Positions 1-9,150 of a stretch of DNA of 64,000 nucleotides are shown piece by piece. A model generated the notes under the pieces. The model searched no databases. It worked only from the letters and a program-made list of their open reading frames with translations, and had not been told where the DNA came from. Every line of letters starts with the position of its first letter. Positions within the stretch are counted from its first letter, which is position 1. The position numbers and the translations under genes are program-made. This DNA is from Candidatus Eiseniibacteriota bacterium (GTDB lineage: Bacteria > Eisenbacteria > RBG-16-71-46), in the NCBI GenBank assembly GCA_035691845.1, contig DASSIN010000066.1, positions 9,032-73,031 on the forward strand. The letters run 5' to 3'.

Positions 1-2
1 CG

Positions 3-710
3 ATGTTCGTCGCGCTGCTGGGGACCACGATCTCGCCGTACCTGTTCTTCTGGCAGGCGAGCCAGGAAGTCGAGGAGGAGATCACCGTCGGCCGCGTGAC
101 GGTGCGGCAGCGTCGCGGCGCGAGCGACGAGGAGCTGCACGATGCGGCCGTGGACGTGAACACCGGCATGGTGTTCTCGAACATCGTGATGTACTTCATC
201 ATCCTCGCCACCGCGGCCACGCTCCATCGCGCCGGCCACACCCACATCGAGACCGCGGCGCAGGCGGCCCTGGCGCTGCGGCCGCTGGCGGGCAACGGCG
301 CCACGGTGCTGCTGGCGATCGGGCTCGTGGGGGCCGGACTGCTGGCGGTGCCGATCCTGACCGGCTCGGCGGCCTACGCGGTGGCCGAGGTGTTCGGCTG
401 GCAGCACAGCCTGACCGCCAAGCCGCGCCAGGCGGGGCCGTTCTATGCCGTGATCGTCGCGTCCACCGGCATCGGTCTGCTGATCAACTTCCTCGGCATC
501 AAGCCGTTCGACGCGCTGGTGTGGACCGCGGTGCTCAACGGACTGCTCGCCCCGCCGCTGCTCGTGCTGATCATGCGGGTCGGCAACAACCGCAGGGTGA
601 TGGGCCGGAGGGTGAACGGCCGATTGACCAACATCGTGGGCTGGCTCACGACCGCCGTGATGTCGCTGGCGGCGCTCGCGCTGCTGCTCACCTGGGGGGC
701 GGGCCAGTAG
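3..710 (+). CDS. mntH: NRAMP-family divalent metal (Mn2+/Fe2+) transporter, C-terminal part (5'-truncated by window edge)
   Basis: Translation contains NRAMP-like motifs GTTISPYLFFWQ (cf. GTTIMPHNLYLHS) and AAQAALALRPLAGNGATVLLAIGLVGAGL (cf. AAEALRPLLG..ILFAIGLLASG); multiple TM helices; high GC3 frame. Confidence 0.8.
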   Translation: MFVALLGTTISPYLFFWQASQEVEEEITVGRVTVRQRRGASDEELHDAAVDVNTGMVFSNIVMYFIILATAATLHRAGHTHIETAAQAALALRPLAGNGATVLLAIGLVGAGLLAVPILTGSAAYAVAEVFGWQHSLTAKPRQAGPFYAVIVASTGIGLLINFLGIKPFDALVWTAVLNGLLAPPLLVLIMRVGNNRRVMGRRVNGRLTNIVGWLTTAVMSLAALALLLTWGAGQ

Positions 711-725
711 CGGTTTGTGCCCGTG

Positions 726-758
726 GGCGCCACGGCCGCCTGTCAGAATCGTGGCGCC
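726..758 (+). terminator. GC-rich stem-loop (GGCGCCACG-15 nt loop-CGTGGCGCC) 16 nt after the transporter stop, in convergent gap; no U-tract
   Basis: perfect 9-bp inverted repeat read directly in sequence between convergent genes. Confidence 0.3.
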
Positions 759-904
759 GGCCAGGCGTCGCTCGCGGAGGTTGCGCCGGGATCACTCCGG
801 CAGTCGCATGCGGCGGCGCATCGCCCCGTAACGCGGGTCGGAGCGCAGGGCGTGGCGTCGGCGAGCGGACCGCACCGCGCCCGGGGTGATCATCGCCACC
901 CTGC

Positions 905-3900
905 TTACCGCGCGACCACCAGCCTGCGCACGAGCGTACCCCGCGAGGTGACGAGCCGGGCGAAGTAGATGCCCGGCGTGGCCGTGGCGTTGGTCGTTCG
1001 CGCGCCGGCGCCGACCTGGTAGCGGCCGGGGTCGTACGAGCCATCCGCCAGCGTGGCGACCGTCCTGCCCCCCACGTCCACGATCGTCAGCCGCACCGGC
1101 GTGCTCCACGGCAGCGAGAACGCCAGCGCGATCGGACCCGATGACGGGTTGGGTCCGACGGTCTCGAGCGAGAACTCGATCGGGGCCTGGGACACGTCGG
1201 CGGCGGCCGTGACGTCCTCATTGATTCCATCGGTCGCCGTGGAGAACGCGGTCGAGCCGCCGTTCGCTACGGTGCTGGCGAGAGCGCCGTTGACGCCCGA
1301 AGTCTGGTCCCACGCGCGGAAGGTGAGCGCGTCCGAAAGCGTGCCGCTGAATCCCGTCGGGGGCTGGAGGTAGATGCGGGTGTTCGCGTCGGCGGCGAGC
1401 AGGCGGGCGCTGCTCACGCTCGCCGTCCCCATCGCCGTCCACGTCGTGCCATCCAGCGAGTAATACGCGATCACGTTGGGAGCGACCGCGACCACCGCGA
1501 TCCCGAGTGCCGCGCCGGCATCGGGATCGAGGACGTTGTCCAGCTGCCCCGAAGGGATGGCGGGATCGACCAAGGTCGACACCAGCGCGCCGACCGCCCC
1601 GACGGGCGCGCCGGAGTTCTCCTGCACCGCGGGAATCGTCGGAGTCTTGGAGGCGTCCAGCACCGGCGCGTCGTTCACGGGGATGCCGGTGACGTTCTTG
1701 GTGCCGCTCACCGCCAGGACGCCGTCGCTCACCTGCGTGCCGATCGCGAACGAGGCGTTGAAGTTGGGGGCGGGAACGAAGGTCACCGCGGCCAGCAGCA
1801 CGTTCACGTCGGCGATCGGGCCGCTGGCGTTCCACACGCCGTTGGCGAACGTCGACGTGACGCTGCCGGATGTGGCGGTGGTGAGCACGCCCGCCGCCGT
1901 GGAAAGGGTCAGCGTCACGGCCGTGTTGGCGTCATCGGGGTCGCTCACCACGATGTTCGCCAGGTCGAGCGGCGTGTCCTCGACGTACACCTCGGAGGCC
2001 GACAGGTTGGTGGCCTGGGGTGACTGATCGACGTGGACGATGAACTGCGAGATGGCGCCGATGGCGATCGAGAACGCGGTGCTGCCTCCGCTCGAGGAGG
2101 CGTCCGCCAGCCCGCCGTTCGATCCCGACGTCCGGTCCCACGCGCGGAAGCTGAGCGCGTTGGGGAGCGAGCCGTAGAAGTTCGGAGCCGGCTGCAAGAA
2201 GATGCGCGTGACGCCGTCGGCGGCCAGCAGTCGCGCGTTGGGGAGGCCGACCGAGCCCATCACCGTCCACGTGGCGCCGCCGTTGGTCGAATAGTACGCG
2301 ATCACGTGCGGGTCGACCGCCACCACGGCGATCCCGAGCAGGGCGCCCGCATCGGGATCGGTCACGTTGTCCACCTGGCCGGTGGGCACCGCGAAGTCCA
2401 CCAGGTTCGAGACCGGCGTGCCGGAACCGCCGATCGGCGGCGCCGCGGCGTTCTCCTGCACCGGCTGCATGGCCGGCAGCTTGGAGATGTCTAGCGCGGG
2501 CGCGTCGTTGACGGCGATTCCAGTCACGGCCTTGGTGCCGGTGAGCGCCGGAGCGATGCCGTCGCTGACGCTGGTGGAGATCGAAAACGCGCCGTTGCCG
2601 TTGGGGGCCGGAACAAAGCTGACCGAGGCCAGCAACGCGTTGACGTCCGCGATAGGGCCGTTCGACGTCCACACCCCGGTCAGCGCGTTGTAGGTCGAAG
2701 TGGTGCTGCCCGAGGTGGTCGTGGTCAGGCTGCCGGCGGCGGGGTCGGACAAGGTCAGGGTCGCGATGAGGACGGGGCTGTCGATGTCGGACACCACGAT
2801 GTCGATCAGGTCGAGCGGCGTGTCCTCGGTATAGGTCTCCGCCGCGTTCAGGTTGGTGGCCTGCGGCGGGTCGTTCACGGGCACGCCCGTCATGACCTTG
2901 CTGCCGGTCACGGGCGCGGAGATGCCATCCGTGACACTGGTGAGAATGGTGAACGTGGCGTTGAAGTTCGCCGCGGGGACGAACGTCACGCCGGCGAGCA
3001 GCGCGTTGACGTTGGCGATCGGCCCGCTCGCACTCCACACGCCGGCGCCGAAGGTGGCCGTGGTGCCGCCGACGCTGCCGGTGGTGAGGATGCCGGCGCC
3101 AGGATTGGACATGGTCAACGTCGCCGTCGTGCCGTTGTTGTCGACGTCGCTGACCACGATGTCGATCAGGTTGAGCGGCACGTCCTCCGTATAGGTCTCC
3201 CCCGCGCTCAGGTTGGTCGCCTGCGGTGGATCGTTCACGGGGAGGCCGGTGATGAACTTGGTGCCCGTCAACGGCGGCGCGATGCCGTCACTGACGCTGG
3301 TGGCGATCGAGAAGCCCCCGTTGAAGTTCGGCGCCGGGACGAACGTCACCCCGGCGAGCAGCGCGTTGACATCGGGAATCGCTCCGGATGCGGTCCAGGT
3401 GCCGGCTGCGGCGATGTACGTCGAGGTGACGCCACCCGAGGTGGCCGTGGTGAGGCTGCCGGCCGTGGGGTTCGACAGCGTCAGCGACACCTGGGTCGTG
3501 AAGTTGTCGATGTCGCTCACCACGATGTCGGCCAGGTTGAGCGGGACGTCCTCGGTGTAGGTCTCCGGGACGGACAGGTTGGTCGCCTGGGGCGGGTCGT
3601 CGACGGCGATGCCGGTCATGTTCTTGACGCCATTGACCGGCGGATTGAATCCGTCGCTGACGCTGGTGAACATGAGGAACGAGGCGTTGAAGTTCGGCGC
3701 CGGGATGAACGTCACGTCCGCGAGCAGCGAGTTGACCTCCGGAATCGGACCGCTCGCCGTCCACGTGCCGGCGCCGGGATTGTAGGTCGAGGTCGTGCTC
3801 CCGATGGTGCCCGTGGTGAGGCTGCCCGCGGCCGGGTTCGACAGAACCAGCGTGGCGGTCGTGACGGGATCGTCGTCGGACACCACGATGTCGGTGAGGT

Positions 3901-4084
3901 TGAGCGGGGTGTCCTCGGTGTAGACCTCGGGGGTGTTCAGGTTCGTCGCCTGGGGCGGAGCGTTCTGGCGCGCGGTGGTCGCCGCGGACGCTGGTTTGGC
4001 GGCCGAACTGGCGGCCAGGGCTCCGGCGAGCAGCACGGCAAGGGCGAAGCGGACGACACGCGTGGCGGCATGCGGCAGGCGCAT
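905..4084 (-). CDS. Giant secreted surface protein (1059 aa) with two types of tandem repeat and a T9SS-type/FlgD-Ig-like C-terminal sorting domain
   Basis: Signal peptide MRLPHAATRVVRFALAVLLAGALAASSAAKPASA. Five ~120-aa cadherin/Ig-like repeats (PPQATNL..TYTED.PLNL.DIVVSD..) plus two ~140-aa repeats. C-terminal PNPSSGP...TIVDVGGRTVATL...PGIYFARLV..RRLVVAR matches T9SS CTD pattern. Confidence 0.75.
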   Translation of the reverse strand: MRLPHAATRVVRFALAVLLAGALAASSAAKPASAATTARQNAPPQATNLNTPEVYTEDTPLNLTDIVVSDDDPVTTATLVLSNPAAGSLTTGTIGSTTSTYNPGAGTWTASGPIPEVNSLLADVTFIPAPNFNASFLMFTSVSDGFNPPVNGVKNMTGIAVDDPPQATNLSVPETYTEDVPLNLADIVVSDIDNFTTQVSLTLSNPTAGSLTTATSGGVTSTYIAAAGTWTASGAIPDVNALLAGVTFVPAPNFNGGFSIATSVSDGIAPPLTGTKFITGLPVNDPPQATNLSAGETYTEDVPLNLIDIVVSDVDNNGTTATLTMSNPGAGILTTGSVGGTTATFGAGVWSASGPIANVNALLAGVTFVPAANFNATFTILTSVTDGISAPVTGSKVMTGVPVNDPPQATNLNAAETYTEDTPLDLIDIVVSDIDSPVLIATLTLSDPAAGSLTTTTSGSTTSTYNALTGVWTSNGPIADVNALLASVSFVPAPNGNGAFSISTSVSDGIAPALTGTKAVTGIAVNDAPALDISKLPAMQPVQENAAAPPIGGSGTPVSNLVDFAVPTGQVDNVTDPDAGALLGIAVVAVDPHVIAYYSTNGGATWTVMGSVGLPNARLLAADGVTRIFLQPAPNFYGSLPNALSFRAWDRTSGSNGGLADASSSGGSTAFSIAIGAISQFIVHVDQSPQATNLSASEVYVEDTPLDLANIVVSDPDDANTAVTLTLSTAAGVLTTATSGSVTSTFANGVWNASGPIADVNVLLAAVTFVPAPNFNASFAIGTQVSDGVLAVSGTKNVTGIPVNDAPVLDASKTPTIPAVQENSGAPVGAVGALVSTLVDPAIPSGQLDNVLDPDAGAALGIAVVAVAPNVIAYYSLDGTTWTAMGTASVSSARLLAADANTRIYLQPPTGFSGTLSDALTFRAWDQTSGVNGALASTVANGGSTAFSTATDGINEDVTAAADVSQAPIEFSLETVGPNPSSGPIALAFSLPWSTPVRLTIVDVGGRTVATLADGSYDPGRYQVGAGARTTNATATPGIYFARLVTSRGTLVRRLVVAR

Positions 4085-4245
4085 GGAACCCCCGGGGGGC
4101 TAGAGGCTCGTCGGGATGCAAAGGGGGAATGGGCGTCGCCGGGAGCGTAGCAGCGCAACGCTCTCGAGACCAATGGATTCTGCCCGGAGTGTGAAGCGCG
4201 AGGACAAGGCACGGAGGTGGAACGGCCGCGGCAGGCGCCGCCCCG

Positions 4246-5568
4246 TCACCGCCGGGGCGCGTGGCCGGCGGCGCAGGCGGCGGCGCGTTCGAGCAGCAGC
4301 GCGCGCTCGCGCTGGTTGTGCGTCAGCTTCGCGGCGCGCTCGAATTCGGCGCGCGCCTCGGGCAGCCGGCCGAGGCGCGCGAGCATGTCGCCGCGCACGC
4401 TCGGCAGCAGGTGATAGCCCGCGAGCCGGCCGCCCTTGACCAGCCGGTCGACCTGCTCCAGCGCGACGGCCGGGCCGTACGCCATGCCGACGGCGACCGC
4501 GCGGTTCAGGTCCACGATCGGCGACGGCATCGCCTGCGCCAGCTCGCCGTAGAGCACGACGATGCGCTCCCAGTCGGTGTCGTCCGCCGTGCGCGCCCGG
4601 GCGTGGCACGCGGCGATCGCGGCCTGCAGCGTGTACGGTCCGCGGGTGGCCTCGAGCGACTCGGCGCGCGCCAGCGCCTCCAGGCCGCGGCGCACGAGCA
4701 GCGCGTTCCACAACGCGCGGTTCTGCTGGCGCAGCAGCACCGGCTCGCCGTGCGCGTTGGTGCGCGCGTGGGTGCGCGAGGCCTGCAGCTCCATCAACGC
4801 CACGAGCCCGTGCACCTCGGGCTCGTCGGGGACGAGGCGCGCCAGCACGCGGCCGAGCCGCATCGCCTCCTCGCACAGCGCCGGCCGCATCCAGTCGTCG
4901 CCAGCGGTGGCGGAATAGCCCTCGTTGAAGATCAGGTAGATCACCTCCAGAACCGCGGGGATGCGCGCGGCCAGCTCCGCGCCGCGCGGCACCACGAACT
5001 CCGCGCGCGCGTCGGCGAGCGTGCGCTTGGCGCGCACGATGCGCTGGGCGATCGTGGCCTCGGGCACCACGAACGCGCGCGCGATCTCGGGCGTGGTGAG
5101 CCCGCCCAGCAGCCGCAGCGTGAGCGCCACGCGCGCCTCGGTCGACAGCGACGGGTGGCAGCTCGTGAACATCAGCGCCAGCAGGTCGTCGCCGACCGGA
5201 TCGTCGAGCGCCATGTCCGAGGCCTGCTCGGGCGGCTCGCGCCGCGCTTCGATCTCGGCGCCCAACTGGTCGTGTCTGCGTTCGCGCATGTGGTTGCGCC
5301 TCACGTGATCGATCGCGCGATGCTTCGCCGCCTGCATCAGCCACGCGCCCGGACGCTCCGGCACGCCCTGGGACGGCCATTGCTGCAGCGCGGCCAGCAG
5401 CGCGTCCTGCGCCAGGTCCTCGGCGATGCCGACGTCGCGCACGATGCGCGCGAGGGCGGCGACCAGGCGGGCCGACTCGATCCGCCACACCGCCTCGATC
5501 GCGCGCCGCGTGGCGTCGCTCACGGCGCCAGGAATACCAGCTCGCGCAGCTCGCACTCCCCCTGCCAC
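4246..5568 (-). CDS. ECF-type sigma-70 factor with C-terminal DUF6596-like extension (SigJ-like). Start probably GTG at 5523 overlapping the upstream YciI stop (GTGA)
   Basis: EAVWRIESARLVAALARIVRDVGIAEDLAQDALLAAL region-2 motif; region-4 HTH (LTTPEIARAFVVPEATIAQRIVRAKRTLA); long C-terminal domain typical of YciI-associated sigma factors. Confidence 0.85.
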   Translation of the reverse strand: MAGGVRAARAGIPGAVSDATRRAIEAVWRIESARLVAALARIVRDVGIAEDLAQDALLAALQQWPSQGVPERPGAWLMQAAKHRAIDHVRRNHMRERRHDQLGAEIEARREPPEQASDMALDDPVGDDLLALMFTSCHPSLSTEARVALTLRLLGGLTTPEIARAFVVPEATIAQRIVRAKRTLADARAEFVVPRGAELAARIPAVLEVIYLIFNEGYSATAGDDWMRPALCEEAMRLGRVLARLVPDEPEVHGLVALMELQASRTHARTNAHGEPVLLRQQNRALWNALLVRRGLEALARAESLEATRGPYTLQAAIAACHARARTADDTDWERIVVLYGELAQAMPSPIVDLNRAVAVGMAYGPAVALEQVDRLVKGGRLAGYHLLPSVRGDMLARLGRLPEARAEFERAAKLTHNQRERALLLERAAACAAGHAPRR

Positions 5569-5879
5569 GCGGGCCAGTGGTCGGCGTGGAGCTGCATGAA
5601 CTCTTTCGTCGCGCGGATCGCCGCGTCGCGCGAGTCGGCCGCGATCACGGCGTAGCCGCCGATCACCTCCTTGCTCTCCGCGAACGGGCCGTCGACGACG
5701 GTGACCTTGCCGTTCTTCGATTGGATGCGGGCCGCGGCGGCCGACGGTGCGAGCCCTCCGGTCGACACCACGGTGCCGTCGTGCAGCGACTTCGTGACGT
5801 ACCGCTCGATCGCCTCCATGAAGCCGGCCGGCGGCGTGCCCTGCTGCTCGGCGGCGCGAATGACGGACAGATAGCGCAT
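5520..5879 (-). CDS. YciI-like (YCII-related/DGPF) protein, copy 2
   Basis: MRYLSVIRAAEQ...VVSTGGLAPS...GKVTVVDGPFAESKEVIGGYAVIAADSRDAAIRATKEF; ATG at 5879 preceded by GGGAGGTG RBS; six-frame ORF extends spuriously upstream. Confidence 0.8.
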   Translation of the reverse strand: MRYLSVIRAAEQQGTPPAGFMEAIERYVTKSLHDGTVVSTGGLAPSAAAARIQSKNGKVTVVDGPFAESKEVIGGYAVIAADSRDAAIRATKEFMQLHADHWPAWQGECELRELVFLAP

Positions 5880-5881
5880 GG

Positions 5882-6268
5882 TCACCTCCCGATCGCCTTC
5901 TGGATCTCCTCCGGGAAGTCGGAGGCCTCCTGGACCTGTCGCACCTCGATCACGTCGCCGTCCAGCATCGGCGCGCGGCGCGCCCACTCGATCGCCTCGT
6001 CCTGCGAGCGCGCCTGGATCATCCAGTAGCCGCCCACCAGCTCCTTGGACTCGATGTAGGGCCCGTCGATCACCGTGCTGTTGCCACCGCCGAACCGGAC
6101 GCGCGCCCCGGCCTTGGGCGGCGCGAGACCGTCGAGGCTCAGCAGCACGCCGGCATCGCCGAGCGACTTGTTGAACCGCGTCATCTTCTCCACCAGCTCG
6201 ACCGGCGGCACGAACTCGGCGGTGGCGTTCTCGTATGCCTTCGGGATCACCATCAGCATGAAGCGCAT
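5882..6268 (-). CDS. YciI-like (YCII-related/DGPF) protein, copy 1
   Basis: MRFMLMVIPKAYE...GGNSTVIDGPYIESKELVGGYWMIQARSQDEAIEWARR; ATG 6268 with GGAGAGG 8 nt upstream. Confidence 0.8.
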   Translation of the reverse strand: MRFMLMVIPKAYENATAEFVPPVELVEKMTRFNKSLGDAGVLLSLDGLAPPKAGARVRFGGGNSTVIDGPYIESKELVGGYWMIQARSQDEAIEWARRAPMLDGDVIEVRQVQEASDFPEEIQKAIGR

Positions 6269-6344
6269 GGTCGTCACCTCTCCGTGTCAGGGCCTCGGGT
6301 TGAGCGTTCGTGGTCGTTTCGAACAACGTGGTCATCGACCGGGA

Positions 6345-6725
6345 TCACGCCGTGCGGGGCGCGGGCGTGCGGCGGGCCAACGCCACGACGCTGGCGAGCA
6401 CGCCCACCAGCAGCGGGAACCCCGCCGCGGCCGCGCCCTGCGTGGATGCCGTCACCACCACTGCGCCGAGCATGATGACCACCAGCCCGGCGGCCGCAAG
6501 CGGGGTCAGTCGGGTGTGCACGTGGAGCGCGCCGGGGAGCACCAGGCCCAGCCCGCCCAGCACCTCGCACACCCCGATGAACTTGAGGAACGCGGCCGGC
6601 AGCGGCGACACGTGGGCGAGCTGCGTCATGGACATGGCGAGCTTGAAACCGCCCGCGAACAGGAACAGCGCGGCCAGGACGGCCTGCACGATCCACAGGG
6701 CGATCAGGGAACTACGGCGGGTCAT
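6345..6725 (-). CDS. DoxX-family membrane protein
   Basis: MTRRSSLIALWIVQAVLAALFLFAGGFKLAMS...FLKFIGVCEVLGGLGLVLPG; AAGGAG RBS before ATG 6725; 4 TM helices; the long six-frame ORF 6345..7829 upstream part is spurious. Confidence 0.8.
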   Translation of the reverse strand: MTRRSSLIALWIVQAVLAALFLFAGGFKLAMSMTQLAHVSPLPAAFLKFIGVCEVLGGLGLVLPGALHVHTRLTPLAAAGLVVIMLGAVVVTASTQGAAAAGFPLLVGVLASVVALARRTPAPRTA

Positions 6726-6979
6726 GATCGGCTCCTTTCCGTTGGCGGAGGCCGCCCGTGCGGCTTCCACCCACACGTCGAACGAGCCCACCCGGAATCG
6801 ACACGATCCGTAAGACGCGATGCAGGAATGAATTGTGACACCGAGATCGAGCGCCGCACGAACTCGGGAACGGCGCACGAAACCGGGCTCGGCAGCTTGG
6901 CGGGCGTGGGCCGCGCGCCTTGCCACGAGCGAACATCCGATTGCCGCCCGGGAGCCGGGAGCAGCCAACCGGGCAGCAG

Positions 6980-8146
6980 CTACGCTGCGAAGTGCTTGAT
7001 GATCACGCCCGCCACACCTGCAGCGGCGATCACGATCGGCTCCGGCAGCCTCCTGCCCCACGTCAACACGGCGAATGCGGCGACAGCGATGGCGATGGTC
7101 GGGACGTCGATCACGGCCCGGCGGCCGAGAACGATCACGGCGCCCGCGATGGCGCCCGTCGCCGCGGCCGTGACACCGCTCACGACTGCCTTCAGCACGC
7201 GATTGTCGGCGAAGCGGCGGTAGTGCGGAGCGGGGATGATCACCAGCAGATAACACGGGAGAAAGACGCCCAATGCCGCCGCGACAGCTCCCGCCGATCC
7301 GGCGACGAGATAGCCGATGAACGCCACCGTGATGACGACCGGACCGGGCGTGATCATCGCAACGGCCACCGCATCGAGGAACTGGCGCTCGTCGAGCCAG
7401 TGGAACCGACCCACCACGCCACCATGGAGGAACGGAACGATCGCAAGTCCGCTGCCGAACACGAACGCTCCCGCCTCGGCGAAGAAGCCTGCGAGACGGA
7501 CCAGCACGCGAGGATTCTGCGCTCCGTGAAGACCGGTCGTCAGCCAGCTGGTGGCACCGAGGGTCATGGCGGCCACGTGGCGGCGGGGCGGCGCCTTGAC
7601 CAGCCATGCGACCAGGCCGCTGGCGATGAAGACCCACACGATCTCGGTCGCCGTCCATGCGGTGATCACCGCATTGACGGTGAACAGCGCCCACAACATG
7701 CGATCCCGTCCCAGCGTCAGGCGCACGAGCTTCCAGGCGCTGCGCGCGATGATCGCGATCACCGCCGCGGCGACGCCGTAGAAGACCGCCTGCATCCATG
7801 GCAGGCCACCCGCGCGCACGTAGGCCCACGAGAGCGCGAGAACCATGGCGAATGACGGCAGGATGAAGGCCACGGCGACCGAGGTGGCCCCGACGATTCC
7901 GGCGCGAACCCAGCCGAGATAGATGGCCAGTTGCGCGGCCAGCGGCCCCGGCGCGAGCTGGGCGAGAGCGAGGCCTCGAACGTAGTCGTCATGCGTGATC
8001 CACCGGCGGCGCTCCACCAGGTCGCGCTGCATGTAGCCGACCAGCGCCACCGGGCCTCCGAAGCCGAACGTACCGAGACGCAGGAAATACACGAGCAGGT
8101 CTCGAAGGCCGCCGGCGGCGCGAGCCTCGCCCGGCGTGGATGACAT
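6980..8146 (-). CDS. chrA: Chromate transporter ChrA (CHR family, fused two-domain form)
   Basis: LVYFLRLGTFGFGGPVALVGYMQRDLVERRRWIT and second-half FLHGGVVGRFHWLDERQFLDAVAVAMITPGP motifs; ATG 8146 (TTG 8164 alternative overlaps upstream stop). Confidence 0.9.
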   Translation of the reverse strand: MSSTPGEARAAGGLRDLLVYFLRLGTFGFGGPVALVGYMQRDLVERRRWITHDDYVRGLALAQLAPGPLAAQLAIYLGWVRAGIVGATSVAVAFILPSFAMVLALSWAYVRAGGLPWMQAVFYGVAAAVIAIIARSAWKLVRLTLGRDRMLWALFTVNAVITAWTATEIVWVFIASGLVAWLVKAPPRRHVAAMTLGATSWLTTGLHGAQNPRVLVRLAGFFAEAGAFVFGSGLAIVPFLHGGVVGRFHWLDERQFLDAVAVAMITPGPVVITVAFIGYLVAGSAGAVAAALGVFLPCYLLVIIPAPHYRRFADNRVLKAVVSGVTAAATGAIAGAVIVLGRRAVIDVPTIAIAVAAFAVLTWGRRLPEPIVIAAAGVAGVIIKHFAA

Positions 8147-8160
8147 CGCGGCACGCCGCT

Positions 8161-9150
8161 TCAATGGGGCCGCATGATCCGCAGGACGGGCCGACCGCCG
8201 ACGCTCTGCAGCGGGAAGTAGACGAGATGCGTTCGCGGATCGACGGCGACCGTGTGAGCGTGGCGCATCGAGATGTCGCCAAGGTGGTGCAGCGTGGCGT
8301 CGCGTTCGGAGAATACGGACACGGTTCCGGATTCCGACGCGACGTACAGCCGCCGCAACACGGGATCGAAGGCGAGGACGTCGGGATTCCCGCCCACCCC
8401 GTGCCGTTGCACGACCTTCCAGCGCTTCAGGTCCACGACCAGCAATGTCGCGTCGTCCTCGTTTGCGACGAACAGCAGTTCTGCTGCCGGATCCAGCGAC
8501 ATGCCGTGAGGATGCGCTGCGCCCTCGAGCCGATGCCGCGCCGTCACGCGATCGCTGCCGGGGTCGATCTCCACCACCTCGTTGCGGGTTTGAACGGCGA
8601 CGAGCACGCGGCCCGAGCGAGGGTGGTAGAGGGTGTTGCCGGCTTCTCCGCCGAGTGACACGCGCCCGAGCACGCGATCCGACCGGCCATCGATCACGAG
8701 CTCGCCGCCTCCAGACTCGTCGGAGACGTACACCTTGCCTGTGCCCGGCGCGTACGCGATCCCGTCCGGAAACCCGATCCGTCCCAGGCGGGCGAGGACT
8801 CGCAGCGTGCGCGCATCGATGACCGCGACATGACGCGCTCCGGTCACCGAGGCGTAGACCTTTCCCAGCTCCGGAACGGCGCAGACGCCGGTGATGCGGG
8901 GCAGATCACTCACCCTGCCAGCGACCCGCCGCCTGGCGATGTCGAACACCACCAGCTCGTCCGCGTCCATGTGCGAGAGATAGAGACGGTTCGCGCTCGA
9001 ATCGAGGCTCTGGTAGTCGAACCGCACCGCGGGACCCGGCAACGCCACCTCGGCCACGCGTTCGAGCGCGGGCGTTCTCGGCGGGTGTGTGACCGCTGGC
9101 AGAGTCGCCGCGCTCGCGATCGCAAGCGCGCCGGCCAGCGACGGGATCAT
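8161..9150 (-). CDS. YVTN-family beta-propeller repeat protein (secreted), ChrJ-like
   Basis: Signal peptide MIPSLAGALAIASAATLPAV; repeated ...RLYVA/KVYVS...V.VID blades; start ATG overlaps upstream stop (ATGA). Confidence 0.75.
   Translation of the reverse strand: MIPSLAGALAIASAATLPAVTHPPRTPALERVAEVALPGPAVRFDYQSLDSSANRLYLSHMDADELVVFDIARRRVAGRVSDLPRITGVCAVPELGKVYASVTGARHVAVIDARTLRVLARLGRIGFPDGIAYAPGTGKVYVSDESGGGELVIDGRSDRVLGRVSLGGEAGNTLYHPRSGRVLVAVQTRNEVVEIDPGSDRVTARHRLEGAAHPHGMSLDPAAELLFVANEDDATLLVVDLKRWKVVQRHGVGGNPDVLAFDPVLRRLYVASESGTVSVFSERDATLHHLGDISMRHAHTVAVDPRTHLVYFPLQSVGGRPVLRIMRPH

Noticed and set aside
4100-5655. Long ORFs 4100..5488(-), 4261..5655(+), 4562..4918(+), 4961..5308(+) overlapping the ECF sigma gene
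   Set aside because: Arg/Ala-rich, low-complexity translations typical of out-of-frame or antisense reading of high-GC coding DNA; the sigma-factor frame has clear conserved motifs
6075-7829. ORFs 6075..7223(+), 6274..6696(-) and the 494-aa extension of 6345..7829(-)
   Set aside because: Only the C-terminal 126 aa (DoxX) has protein-like composition, signal and RBS; the remainder is Arg/Gly-rich antisense/overlap of chrA and YciI frames
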